This document shows, in pieces, positions 8,515 to 17,932 of a DNA stretch of 54,911 nt. The stretch's first letter is position 1, and every line of letters begins with the position of its first letter. Position numbers and translations under genes: made by a program. The DNA lies in assembly GCA_964344235.1 (NCBI GenBank), contig CAYFMJ010000004.1, positions 1-54,911 of the forward strand, given 5' to 3'. The notes below the pieces were generated by a model. That model had not been told where the DNA came from, did not search any database, and saw only the letters and a program-made list of their open reading frames with translations. Source of the DNA: an uncultured Methanosarcinales archaeon (GTDB lineage Archaea > Nanobdellota > Nanobdellia > Woesearchaeales > GW2011-AR9).

Positions 8515-11500
8515 TATCCCTCCTCAACTTCAGCATAAAGAGAAGATTGTTGGTCCATTAACATTCGAGCAATGTGGATACGCTGCGATTTCAGTGCTTA
8601 TAGCTGTTGCTATCCTCAAATTTTCACCTTTCCCTCTAGAACCTTCTTTTGCACTTTCTTCGATACCTTTGTTAATAGGTACCGGCTTTGTGTTCTTTGA
8701 TTTAAAGAAATGGATACGAAACTTCGCAATTTTTCTGAAATTTAAGAGTGCTCGAATGACTTCTGTGAAAATGAAGAAGTTTTTATCGTTAAAAAAGATT
8801 GAAAATGATATTCTTCACACAACCAAAGGGAAAGTTGCAGTTCTTGAAGCAACACCGATTAATTTCATGATTAAGAGTGAAGAAGAACAAGAAGCAATCG
8901 TAAGCGGCTTTCAGCAGTTCTTGAACAGTCTTTCTTTTCCGGTTCAAATTCATATTAGTAGTATGCCTATTAATCTGAAACAACATTTCAAGAAGGTACG
9001 TAAACAGAGTAATGGTACATTAGCTGAGAATTATTGCAAATTTCTTCAGGATACCATTAATGATAAGACTGTCTTAAATCGTAAATTTCTCGTTCTTGTC
9101 AAAGAACGTAATGATATTGAAATGCAAACAAATCTTTGTCAGGAAAGATTGGATAGTCTCGGTTTACAAGCGAGAAGAATGAAAACCAAAGAGTTGGTCA
9201 AGTTCATTGACATCTATCTCAACAAACAATACAAAAGAGCAGTAACTACAAATGAAGGTGATGAAATTCTCAAATTATTAGCTCCTGAAAATATTGTTGA
9301 TGGTATGGATGCAATTCAAGTGAATGACTTATTTTACAAAACATTAGCAGTCACAGGATATCCTCATGTTGTTAATGCTGGATTTCTTAATCGTATAATT
9401 AGTATGGGAGATCGATTTGATATTAGTATCCATATTCATCCGTATCCGATTAGCCATACAATGATCCAGCTCAACAAAGATTTACAAAAGCAGCTCTCTG
9501 ACCTATACGCTGAATCAAAGAAAGGTATTGTCAATCCTACTTTAGAAATCAAATCAACCTCTACAAGACGCGTTCTTGAAGATTTACAGAAAGGAAAACA
9601 GAAACTTTTCGATATTTCTTTGTATGTAATGTGTCGTTCACGGCCATATAAAACCTACAAAGTGAAATTAGATGAAAAAGAAAAGAAGCGCAAAGATGGT
9701 GAGCTAAACAAGGAATACGAAGAACGATTACTGGAATTAATTGATCACAAAAAGAAAGAGGAAGCGAGGAAAGAGGTTGACCTCCTAGCACGGAAAGTAA
9801 AGGCTGAACTCGCAGCATTGATGATTGAATCAGCGCCAGCTTATGTGCGAATGCGAGATGGCTTGCAGAGTATGCTTCCTTTAGCAATAGATTCTTTACA
9901 AACAAGGAAAAATATCACAACAAGTGGTTTAGGTGCCTGTTTTCCGTTCTCAAGTCCCTACTTAGTTAATGAGCCAAGCGGCATTCTGCTTGGTCTTAAT
10001 AGGAATAACATCCCATATATCAAAGATATCTTCAAATTGAGTAATGCAAACGGTGTTGTTTTAGCAACTTCAGGTGCAGGCAAGTCGTACTTTACGAAAT
10101 TGTTGTTATCTCGTTTGTTTATGGGTGGAACTGACATATTTATCATCGATCCGCAGGGAGAATACATGCCAATCACAAGGCGATATGGCGGGCAAGTTAT
10201 TACTATCTCAAAAGATTCAGAGACAATTATTAATCCGCTTGATTTAATGGGACATGAATACATTGAGAAACGTCTTTCGTTGATGGATGTATTCAAAATC
10301 ATGTTTGGCGAACTTACTGAAGTGCAGAAAGCGATTATGGATAAGGCAATTGACCTTACATATGATAAGAAGGGTATCCGTAGAAATAGTTATGAGAATA
10401 AAGTTCCTCCAAAATTAGAAGATTTGTACAGAACCTTGAAAGCAATGTCGCTCAAAGCAACGACTCAAGAGAGAATGACTTACACTGCTTTGCTCAATAG
10501 GTTAGGTATGTACACTTCAAGAGGTGTTTTTAATTTCTTAAATCAAGATACAAACATAGATTTCACCAGTAACTTTGTCTGCTTTAATATTGGTTCAATG
10601 CCAAAAAAAGTCAAACCAGTGGTAATGTATCTTGTTTTGGATTATATTTACATGCGGATGAAGAAGTCGTTGAAACGTAAGATCCTCGTTATTGATGAAG
10701 CATGGTCAATTCTGCAAACCGCAGAAGAGTCTTCCTATATTTTTGAGATTGTGAAGACATGTCGAAAATTTAATTTAGGGTTATTGATGATCACACAAGA
10801 TGTTGCTGATCTTGTTAATAGTAAAGCAGGTCACGCCGTTCTTGCAAATAGTGCCTATACGTTTTTGTTGCGGCAGAAACCTGCAGTGATTAACAGTGTG
10901 GCCAAGACGTTTAACCTTAGTTCAACTGAGAGGGACCATCTCATGGCAGCACAAAAAGGAAAAGGTATCCTGATTTTAGACAATGATCATCAAGAGTTGG
11001 AAGTTATTGCGGCTCCCGAGGAACATGAGCTAATAACTACTAACGCTGATGAACTGATTGGTCAACAGAAGAAAGTAACCCAAAAAGGAACGAAAGTAAA
11101 AGTAGGAATCGATCAAACAATTCCTGTGCACAAAGATGTTTCCATGAGCATGGAAACCAAGAATTTCTTGATAAATCAGGGTTTCAAACGCTGTATCTTT
11201 GTTGATATTGGGAAAACCAAATCAGAAGCGTTCTACGTTAAACCCCTAAGTCCTGAAAGCGTAGAACACGTGTTCATGTGTGAGAGATTGATGTTAAAAC
11301 TGGAAGAATATGGGTTCACTGATATGAAGAGGCATTTAACGGTGGAGCCTGATGTCATTGCTGCAATCAATGGTGAGACCTTTGCCTTTGAGGTTGAAAC
11401 AGGGAAAGATGTCAAAAAGAAGCGATTACAAATAAAATACGAGCCGTTAATGGAGAAATGGGGAGATAGATTGATCATCCTTGTGGTTGATTCCAACAAG

Positions 11501-11593
11501 AAATATTGTTTTGAGAAGTACTCTTCCCATGTCTACACTCGTAATTCTATTCTTCAGTTTCTTGAGCATAGAGGTGATAGAGTGAAGAAATAA
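8504..11593 (+). CDS. PrgI-like - VirB4-like ATPase - PD-(D/E)xK-like nuclease fusion
   Basis: N-terminal YDIPPQLQHKEKIVGPLTF plus 2 TM; Walker A ATSGAGKS, Walker B ILVIDEAW; C-terminal H...EPDVI...AFEVETG. TTG start inferred from GGGGTG SD. Confidence 0.8.
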   Translation: MGYDIPPQLQHKEKIVGPLTFEQCGYAAISVLIAVAILKFSPFPLEPSFALSSIPLLIGTGFVFFDLKKWIRNFAIFLKFKSARMTSVKMKKFLSLKKIENDILHTTKGKVAVLEATPINFMIKSEEEQEAIVSGFQQFLNSLSFPVQIHISSMPINLKQHFKKVRKQSNGTLAENYCKFLQDTINDKTVLNRKFLVLVKERNDIEMQTNLCQERLDSLGLQARRMKTKELVKFIDIYLNKQYKRAVTTNEGDEILKLLAPENIVDGMDAIQVNDLFYKTLAVTGYPHVVNAGFLNRIISMGDRFDISIHIHPYPISHTMIQLNKDLQKQLSDLYAESKKGIVNPTLEIKSTSTRRVLEDLQKGKQKLFDISLYVMCRSRPYKTYKVKLDEKEKKRKDGELNKEYEERLLELIDHKKKEEARKEVDLLARKVKAELAALMIESAPAYVRMRDGLQSMLPLAIDSLQTRKNITTSGLGACFPFSSPYLVNEPSGILLGLNRNNIPYIKDIFKLSNANGVVLATSGAGKSYFTKLLLSRLFMGGTDIFIIDPQGEYMPITRRYGGQVITISKDSETIINPLDLMGHEYIEKRLSLMDVFKIMFGELTEVQKAIMDKAIDLTYDKKGIRRNSYENKVPPKLEDLYRTLKAMSLKATTQERMTYTALLNRLGMYTSRGVFNFLNQDTNIDFTSNFVCFNIGSMPKKVKPVVMYLVLDYIYMRMKKSLKRKILVIDEAWSILQTAEESSYIFEIVKTCRKFNLGLLMITQDVADLVNSKAGHAVLANSAYTFLLRQKPAVINSVAKTFNLSSTERDHLMAAQKGKGILILDNDHQELEVIAAPEEHELITTNADELIGQQKKVTQKGTKVKVGIDQTIPVHKDVSMSMETKNFLINQGFKRCIFVDIGKTKSEAFYVKPLSPESVEHVFMCERLMLKLEEYGFTDMKRHLTVEPDVIAAINGETFAFEVETGKDVKKKRLQIKYEPLMEKWGDRLIILVVDSNKKYCFEKYSSHVYTRNSILQFLEHRGDRVKK

Positions 11594-11660
11594 TATATCC
11601 TGGATCTCATGGTCAAGTGTCCTTAAAATCTAAGGGTTTCAGGCTCTGAAAGGAGTAATC

Positions 11661-11945
11661 TTGGTCGTGAGTATGGTCGAGGATATGGAGATGAATCAAA
11701 TGGGAAAATATGAAATATGGAAATGGATTTGTAGAGATGGTGAATCCACATCTGGGTTGACTGCATTTTTTATAACAACTTTTGCTGTGCTGGAGGTAAC
11801 AAGAAATACAGTGATGGGCTATGCTTTCACTAAATTTCTTGTATTTGTATTGCTGATATACTTTGCGTTGAAAATGATTTTCTGGTGGCCCATGCAGATG
11901 ATAAAATCACATCTTGAAGAAGAATCATTTTACAAGAGGTGGTAA
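11661..11945 (+). CDS. Small two-TM membrane protein
   Basis: Hydrophobic segments; start uncertain. Confidence 0.5.
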   Translation: MVVSMVEDMEMNQMGKYEIWKWICRDGESTSGLTAFFITTFAVLEVTRNTVMGYAFTKFLVFVLLIYFALKMIFWWPMQMIKSHLEEESFYKRW

Positions 11946-11946
11946 G

Positions 11947-12117
11947 ATGATAACAGTAAAAACACAAGTTAAGGATATTGTGAAAGAAGCGGGAATTGAA
12001 AACATGGCTGGTGATGTTATGGAACGGCTAGATTTACTTGTAGTTGACTCTTTGCGTAAAGCAGTTGAAAGAGCGAAAGAGAATGGAAGAAGAACGTTGA
12101 TGGGAAGAGATTTGTGA
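11947..12117 (+). CDS. Short histone-fold protein (Bd0055/DUF1931-like)
   Basis: 56 aa; C-terminal RAKENGRRTLMGRDL histone-fold motif; GAGGTGG SD. Confidence 0.8.
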   Translation: MITVKTQVKDIVKEAGIENMAGDVMERLDLLVVDSLRKAVERAKENGRRTLMGRDL

Positions 12118-12318
12118 GGCAGTAGTTCAAGGTCAGCGCTAAATCTCCCTGTCCTCCCTGAGCGTGGAACCTTATGTTTCTTTTCGAGGAACAATATGGT
12201 TTCGTGTATGACGGAAGAATCTGTGATTCTGAGTAAGGTACGAGGTGCTCAATAGACAACAAAAAGGTTTCCTCACCCGTTGCTGATGCAAATTTCGGTG
12301 ATGCGCACACCAGCTTGA

Positions 12319-12336
12319 GATACTTTTATAAGTATC
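12319..12336. promoter_or_regulatory. Palindrome GATACTT-ttat-AAGTATC over a TATA-like box
   Basis: Perfect 7-bp arms about 23 nt upstream of ATG 12359. Confidence 0.45.
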
Positions 12337-12358
12337 CTGCGAATTGAGAAAAATCCTC

Positions 12359-13797
12359 ATGAACAAGAAAGTAGAAGTAATCAAGCCAAGTAGTTTTGAA
12401 CCGGAGAATCACTATTACCCTAAGGTTCTCAATGCACCAATTCACCCACTAATCTCATATTTCTTAACCATGCCTCAAAATGCCTTGATAAAACGGTACT
12501 GTCACCTACATCCGCAAATAAAAAAAGAGCAACTCTCTGCACTACTGAATTTTAGACCTTCTTTTTTACGTTGGGCTGGTGCAGATTTATTTTATGTCAC
12601 AACAAAAACAGGTGCGAGGAAAATGGTGCTCTTAGAGACCAATTCGTGTCCTTCAGGTCAAAAATCAATGCCACTTCTCAACGAGCATGAAGAAAAGGGA
12701 GAGGCTATAAACGTCTTGTTGAAGATGTCTTTGTTCCATTATTAAAATCAAAACGATTGCCTCCTGGAAAGTTGGCCGTAATCTATGACAAAAATTATAT
12801 GGAAGCATCAGGATATGCATCCACTCTAGCAGATGCTATAGGTGAGCCTGTTTATCTCATCCCGTTCTTTCATGGAGAAGATAGTAGTTTTGTCAGGTTT
12901 CTGAATGGTATCTTACAAGTGTATCACGAAGATTCGTGGCATTCCATACGAGCCGCTATGCGTTACGTAACACAAAAACCATGGAATCGTCTTCCTTTAC
13001 AGTGCAAAACACTTATTTTTAATCCAATCATAGGTTGTCTTGCTGGGGCTCGCAACAAATTGGTTGCTGCAAAAGCGTATGATTTTCTTAACTCAGAACT
13101 TCAAGGAAGTGGTTTATCTCTACTTACTCCAGAGACGATTTATGATGTCTCAAAAGAGGAAATCCCTCTGTGGGTGCAACGCTTTGGAGGACACGCAGTG
13201 ATTAAAGTTCCTTACAGTAATGCTGGCCAGGGAGTTTTTACAATCACAAATGAGAAAGAGCTTGATGAATTCATGAACCAAGAATATCCCTATAATCAAT
13301 TCATCATTCAAAGTCTCATTGGCAATTCTACATGGAGCTCAAATGGAAAGACCGGAAAATTGTACCACATAGGAACAGTACCTAATAAAAAAGGAAATAT
13401 CTTTGTTGCAGATCTTCGAATGATGGTTATGGCAACCTCAGATGGCTTCAAACCTGTTGCGTGTTATGCACGCAAAGCGCATTCGCCCCTTCCAGATATA
13501 ATCGATAGTTCCATTAGCTCCTGGGACGTCTTAGGAACTAATCTTTCTGTAAAATTGGGAAAGAATTCTTGGGATTCAGATACAAGCAGACTCTTGATTA
13601 TGGATCGAAAAGATTTCAATACATTAGGCATTGGTATTGATGATCTTATTGAAGCTTTTATCCAGACAATTCTTGCAGTTATTTCAATTGATAAAATGGC
13701 TTGCCGACTCCTCACAAAAAGCAAAGTCTTCAAGAAAAAACTGTTTAAATCTCTTAATAATGATGAAAAGTTACTACAGGAGATTATGACAGAATGA
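12359..13797 (+). pseudogene. ATP-grasp family ligase split by a frameshift near 12700
   Basis: ETNSCPSG in part 1; VIKVPYSNAGQG and DLR in part 2. The -1 frame reads GYKRLVEDVFVPLLKSKRLPPG continuously into ORF 12757-13797. Confidence 0.7.
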
Positions 13798-13838
13798 TAA
13801 GAAAAATTTAACTACTTTGATTATCACCCCCTCAAACA

Positions 13839-14813
13839 ATGAAGGAAGTCAATACGGTTGTTAGACTGAACTTTAACGATGCACCTAGAGGTAAAATCAC
13901 ACGGTACCAGTTTGATATTGCAGCGGATGGTTTGGGATATCCTATTTATGTCCCTGTACTAGTTGCTTGTGGTAAAGAGGATGGACCAACAGTTGGCATT
14001 ACTGCGGTAATTCATGGAAATGAACTTAATGGGCTTCCAGTGATCCAAAGGGTTATGCGAGAGCTTGACCTTGGGCATTTGAAAGGAATTGTTGTTGCAG
14101 TTCCGGTTATTAATGTACCGGGCTTTCTTAGGGGTCAGCGAGAATTTAATGATGGGGTTGATTTGAACCAACGAATGCCTGGAAAAGAGCATGGCAATAG
14201 AAGCGATATTTTTGCCAATCGTTTTTTTAAGAGGATTGTTTCTCAATTTGATTACTTAATTGATTTACACACAGCTAGTTTTGGTCGAATTAATTCATAT
14301 TATGTGAGGGCAGATATGACTGATAAAGTCGTTGCAAAGATGGCTCGATTATTGAATCCAGAGATTATTTTACATAACGTTGGATCAGTTGGAACATTAC
14401 GTAAATCAGCAATGGATAGAGGAATACCGACAGTAACAGCTGAGCTGCGTGATCCATATAAATTTCAGAAGAAAATCATTAAGGATGCTTCGCAAGGTAT
14501 TCGAAACATATTGAGTCATTTCAAAATGCAACCAAAGAACCCAGATTCAGAATTAGTCTCAAGAAGTATGAGTCCTGTTGTGTGCACAAGATCATATTGG
14601 ATGTACACAACACAAGGAGGTCTGCTGCATGTGATCCCTAGTTTGTTTACTAAAGTGACAAAGGGAGAGGTTATTGCACGAGTTCGAAATGTCTTTGGTG
14701 ATGTGATTACAGAATACAAAGCACCTGAGAATGGTATTATAATTGGGAAAAGTATTAGTCCTGTAAATCAAACGGGATCTAGAATTGTACATTTAGGGAT
14801 AGAAAAAGAATAA
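13839..14813 (+). CDS. Succinylglutamate desuccinylase/aspartoacylase family (M14-like)
   Basis: HGNELNG, DLNQR, DLHT; C-terminal biotinyl-like domain. Confidence 0.88.
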   Translation: MKEVNTVVRLNFNDAPRGKITRYQFDIAADGLGYPIYVPVLVACGKEDGPTVGITAVIHGNELNGLPVIQRVMRELDLGHLKGIVVAVPVINVPGFLRGQREFNDGVDLNQRMPGKEHGNRSDIFANRFFKRIVSQFDYLIDLHTASFGRINSYYVRADMTDKVVAKMARLLNPEIILHNVGSVGTLRKSAMDRGIPTVTAELRDPYKFQKKIIKDASQGIRNILSHFKMQPKNPDSELVSRSMSPVVCTRSYWMYTTQGGLLHVIPSLFTKVTKGEVIARVRNVFGDVITEYKAPENGIIIGKSISPVNQTGSRIVHLGIEKE

Positions 14814-14847
14814 ATTATATACATGAAAAAAGAAAAAAAGTGTATTT

Positions 14848-15003
14848 TTATCTCAAAAAATGCTTCACAAACAAATTCACCGCAATTACTAACGCTGCGA
14901 ACAAGAGCATATAAAGAAACAATTTGTTTGCCTCTTTATCAAATTGGACTTGATCAAAATCAGGTTCCTTGTTCTTTTTCCGTTTTCGTCGTCCCCGTCC
15001 CAC
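14848..15003 (-). CDS. 51-aa single-TM protein downstream of secD (not in ORF track)
   Basis: GTG start; MGRGRRKRKK...LFLYMLLFAALVIAVNLFVKHFLR. Confidence 0.4.
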   Translation of the reverse strand: MGRGRRKRKKNKEPDFDQVQFDKEANKLFLYMLLFAALVIAVNLFVKHFLR

Positions 15004-15004
15004 C

Positions 15005-16566
15005 TTATTCATTCAAGAATATTTTCAGTGCCGCTGCAAATGCTGGTCGTACAATAAATACTCCTGCCGTGATCCCAAGAATTGTTGTCAATGCAAAACC
15101 ACGTAATAGTCCTGCCCCTGCAAACAAGAGAGGGAGCATTGCAACAACTGTTGTAAAATACGCTGCCATGATCACAAAAAATGCATTTTTTCGCTTCTTC
15201 TCCCAATCAAGCATCTCATTATCTTTGCTTAAGGTCTCATCACTAAGAACAATTAAATCATCAACACCTGTTCCCACTGAAACAATGATTCCTGCAATTG
15301 CAACAAGATCAAGATTCCATTTAATAAGAGCAGCTACCCCTAAGATGATTATAACTTCCGACACCATGGATAGAACCATTGGAATTGCAACTTGCAATTT
15401 CCTATATCGTAAAAATACAATACATGCCACTGCAAGCAGTGCAAACAAACTTACTTCAATAGCATTATCTTCGAAATTCTTTCCCATAAGAGGTGAGAGA
15501 GAATCAATCTTCACAATTTCCATTTTGACAGGAAGAGATCCTGTTTGAAGAACCGTCTGCAACTTCTTCATGTTATCTAACGTATTCTTAATTGCCCTAT
15601 CCTTCGAGGTACCATTCCCTCCACCAGTTATCTGGATATTTGTCGTGGGCCGACCTTTAAGGCTTGCGGCAATACTTAATTCATCTACAAGTTCATCATC
15701 AAGAAACAATTGTAATTTTTCACTTAAGTACCTGTATGAACTATTATCTGTGATAATATCTAAATTTTTGGTAACATCAGCCTGTCTTTCTGCAGCTTCT
15801 GGATTTAAGGAGATTGAGAAATAAAATGAACAACTCCACTGTGGTAACTTGATTACATCCTCTTTGTGGATTAATTCCTGCACAGGTAGCTCCTCGACAA
15901 ACATAAGTAACATCATTCCCTCCTGTAAACACTGTTTGATTCGCAATCTTTGCCTCAAATTTACCTTGCTTCTCAATTAATTCTTGCACTTCTTTCTGGT
16001 TAGCTCCTGCAATTTCCACTAATACAAATTGATCTCCTGAAAGGTCCTTTGCTTCTCGAATAATGATATCACTTAAACCAAAGACGTTGAGACGTTGTTT
16101 GAGTACATCAATGACGAGTTCCATTTCTTGCTCATCAAGCGCTCGTTCAGGTTGTAAGAGAACTCGTGTTCCTCCTTGTAAATCGAGACCTTTGTGAAGA
16201 TTCGTTGTAGGTGCATCATAAACTTCAATACCTATATCCTCTGCTGATTTGAGTGTGTATGTTCCTTTATTTGTTTCAAGAATAACTGATCTGTTGTGTT
16301 CTATCTTTCCTAGGGCTGTGTAATACTCTTCTTCAGATGTGATGGGCATACTATCCAGAGCGATGATTCGTTCACGTGCAGTAGGGGTTATAGAAGCTTC
16401 AGGAGGAATAATTCCAGCATCGGCAGCAGCAGAATGTTTCTCAACACTTCGGATAGCAGCCCCGGAGGTGTCTAATGATGGATGAATTGATACTACTGAG
16501 AGTATCAGGAATATGAGTAAGATGATTACTCTTGTTGTTGTTCTTTTGTTTTTGTATGTGTATCAT
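15005..16566 (-). pseudogene. secD: SecD protein-export membrane protein with two apparent frameshifts (about 16530 and about 15845)
   Basis: KGLDLQGG, RLNVFGLSD, GTGVDD motifs; signal-anchor RVIILLIFLIL frame has no start of its own; ATG 16566 with GGAG is in another frame. Confidence 0.75.
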
Positions 16567-16822
16567 GCAACTCCACATCAAGGATATACTCTCCTTTTAT
16601 TGCACTCTTAAATGAGAGCAATTCTTTCTTACCTCTGCTAATTACATGAACACAAAATGTATTACCATACTGTGTGATTTGTTCAGGAGAAACAATGGTG
16701 GTGATGGAAGATCCAGGAGTAGTAGTAGAGTACTCATTCAATGTAAATAATACCACCATCATGCCAAGCATACCAACAACAAAAAGAAGAATGAGCACGG
16801 CAGTTGATGTCTTAGTAACCAT
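16526..16822 (-). CDS. Single-TM hypothetical protein
   Basis: N-terminal hydrophobic segment after MVTKTS. Confidence 0.45.
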   Translation of the reverse strand: MVTKTSTAVLILLFVVGMLGMMVVLFTLNEYSTTTPGSSITTIVSPEQITQYGNTFCVHVISRGKKELLSFKSAIKGEYILDVELHDTHTKTKEQQQE

Positions 16823-16881
16823 GTTTACTGGAGAATACCAAATATTATAATAATGAGTGTTATGCACAATATAGAAAAAAA

Positions 16882-16986
16882 TTACCAGTCCCTATTCCAA
16901 AAGTACTCTTCATGCATCCCTTCAATGGAAGCATTCCACTCTTGTGGATACAATTTCTCTAACAACTGTTTTCGTGTTATTTTCAT
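16882..16986 (-). CDS. Microprotein L, 34 aa (MKITRKQLLEKLYPQEWNASIEGMHEEYFWNRDW)
   Basis: GAGGTGG SD 5 nt before ATG; followed by a T-tract. Confidence 0.65.
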   Translation of the reverse strand: MKITRKQLLEKLYPQEWNASIEGMHEEYFWNRDW

Positions 16987-17058
16987 GTTTGCCACCTCAC
17001 AGGTTGAGGCTTCACATACATTGTTAGAGAAATGAAAAAAAGAAAATGTATGTTGAGC

Positions 17059-17112
17059 CTATTCTTCTTTCTTCTCTTTTGCTTTCTTTCGTACTGTCCG
17101 ACGTTTTACCAT
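17059..17112 (-). CDS. Microprotein K, 17 aa (MVKRRTVRKKAKEKKEE)
   Basis: GGAGGTG SD; start overlaps the end of ORF J. Confidence 0.55.
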   Translation of the reverse strand: MVKRRTVRKKAKEKKEE

Positions 17113-17219
17113 GCGTGAGCACCTCCCCATCTGGGCTTCTCAAAATATTCTCCTGTTTCTTCATCATAGATGATCTGATACCCATTTCCTTCACCTACTA
17201 CATATTGTCGTTTTCGCAT
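17106..17219 (-). CDS. Microprotein J, 37 aa (MRKRQYVVGEGNGYQIIYDEETGEYFEKPRWGGAHAW)
   Basis: GAGGTGA SD containing the stop of ORF I. Confidence 0.65.
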   Translation of the reverse strand: MRKRQYVVGEGNGYQIIYDEETGEYFEKPRWGGAHAW

Positions 17220-17225
17220 ATCATA

Positions 17226-17321
17226 TCACCTCTTCTTTGTTGATTGGAATGTTTGCTTTGTGAGCCACACTACTTGTTGTTGAAATAATTGCTCAATGTA
17301 CTGTACAGATTCATGAAGCAT
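17226..17321 (-). CDS. Microprotein I, 31 aa (MLHESVQYIEQLFQQQVVWLTKQTFQSTKKR)
   Basis: GAGGT SD overlapping the stop of ORF H. Confidence 0.55.
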   Translation of the reverse strand: MLHESVQYIEQLFQQQVVWLTKQTFQSTKKR

Positions 17322-17325
17322 TCTC

Positions 17326-17412
17326 TTACCTCTCATGTGGTTCTTCACGGAGATCATCCCACCATTCGTACCACTTTTCATCTCCATATGGCAGTCTCAT
17401 TTTGCGTCTCAT
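17326..17412 (-). CDS. Microprotein H, 28 aa (MRRKMRLPYGDEKWYEWWDDLREEPHER)
   Basis: GAGGTGG SD at the end of ORF G. Confidence 0.65.
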   Translation of the reverse strand: MRRKMRLPYGDEKWYEWWDDLREEPHER

Positions 17413-17414
17413 GG

Positions 17415-17594
17415 TTACCACCTCACATCTGTTATTGGAAATTCATCCAAATATGCTTGCCGATCACGTACAATCTCCGGCGTATCCTCTTGTGGAAATC
17501 TGTATTTCTTCTGAAGCTTATTTACTCTCTTGTACACTTTTGATTTCTTCCATAGAGGATAGTCTTCATAATATGCTGAGCGAATTGAGATCAT
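17415..17594 (-). CDS. Microprotein G, 59 aa
   Basis: GGGGGTGA SD containing the stop of ORF F. Confidence 0.65.
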   Translation of the reverse strand: MISIRSAYYEDYPLWKKSKVYKRVNKLQKKYRFPQEDTPEIVRDRQAYLDEFPITDVRW

Positions 17595-17599
17595 TGTAT

Positions 17600-17719
17600 T
17601 CACCCCCACCAGCGATCAAAACGAGATCTTCTTTCGTAACATTCCTCTCGCCATTGATCAAGTTCATCTGCTTCTTCGTAATTCCAGATTCCTACCCCAA
17701 ATTTATGTGCTATTACCAT
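17600..17719 (-). CDS. Microprotein F, 39 aa (MVIAHKFGVGIWNYEEADELDQWREECYERRSRFDRWWG)
   Basis: GAGGGGT SD; TATA-like TTTATA about 45 nt upstream. Confidence 0.6.
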   Translation of the reverse strand: MVIAHKFGVGIWNYEEADELDQWREECYERRSRFDRWWG

Positions 17720-17732
17720 TGTATTATACCCC

Positions 17733-17759
17733 TCTTACTTTCCATTTTTGAAAGTAAGA
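17733..17759. promoter_or_regulatory. Perfect 10-bp inverted repeat TCTTACTTTC-N7-GAAAGTAAGA between the TATA box and SD of the F-L cluster
   Basis: Seen directly in the sequence. Confidence 0.55.
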
Positions 17760-17865
17760 CATCTATAAAATAATGTGGTAGGAATAAACAACCGTTTTTG
17801 GAGAAAAAGTTAGTGGGAAAAAAGAAAAAAAGGTGGAATTATGGAAGAGTTTCAAATCTATGTGC

Positions 17866-17904
17866 TTATTTTTTCTTTTTACCTTTCTTGCCCTTACCAG
17901 CCAT
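17866..17904 (-). CDS. Micropeptide E, 12 aa (MAGKGKKGKKKK)
   Basis: GAGGTGA SD 5 nt before ATG; T-tract downstream. Confidence 0.55.
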   Translation of the reverse strand: MAGKGKKGKKKK

Positions 17905-17932
17905 TGGAATCACCTCGTAGATAGTTATGGTG

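Larger units (their letters stand above)
2150..12300. mobile_element. Integrated element/genomic island with two tyrosine recombinases, VirB4-like ATPase, histone and defence cargo (boundaries approximate)
   Basis: Gene content; lies between the promoters of two host-like genes; no att repeat found. Confidence 0.7.

Noticed and set aside
12174-12255. 19-20 aa ORFs after the histone gene
   Set aside because: Only a weak GAGG site and no distinctive composition, unlike the 17-18 kb array.
2100-12340. attL/attR repeats for the island
   Set aside because: Only 8-10 nt matches (TACGAGGTGC; TGCGCATC inverted) were found by eye, and one is an SD-like motif; not distinguishable from chance.
14823-15548. 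241-aa + strand ORF
   Set aside because: Antisense shadow of secD with no recognisable motif. The same applies to most short ORFs overlapping well-supported genes (for example 1585-1890, 28353-28796, 31724-32104).
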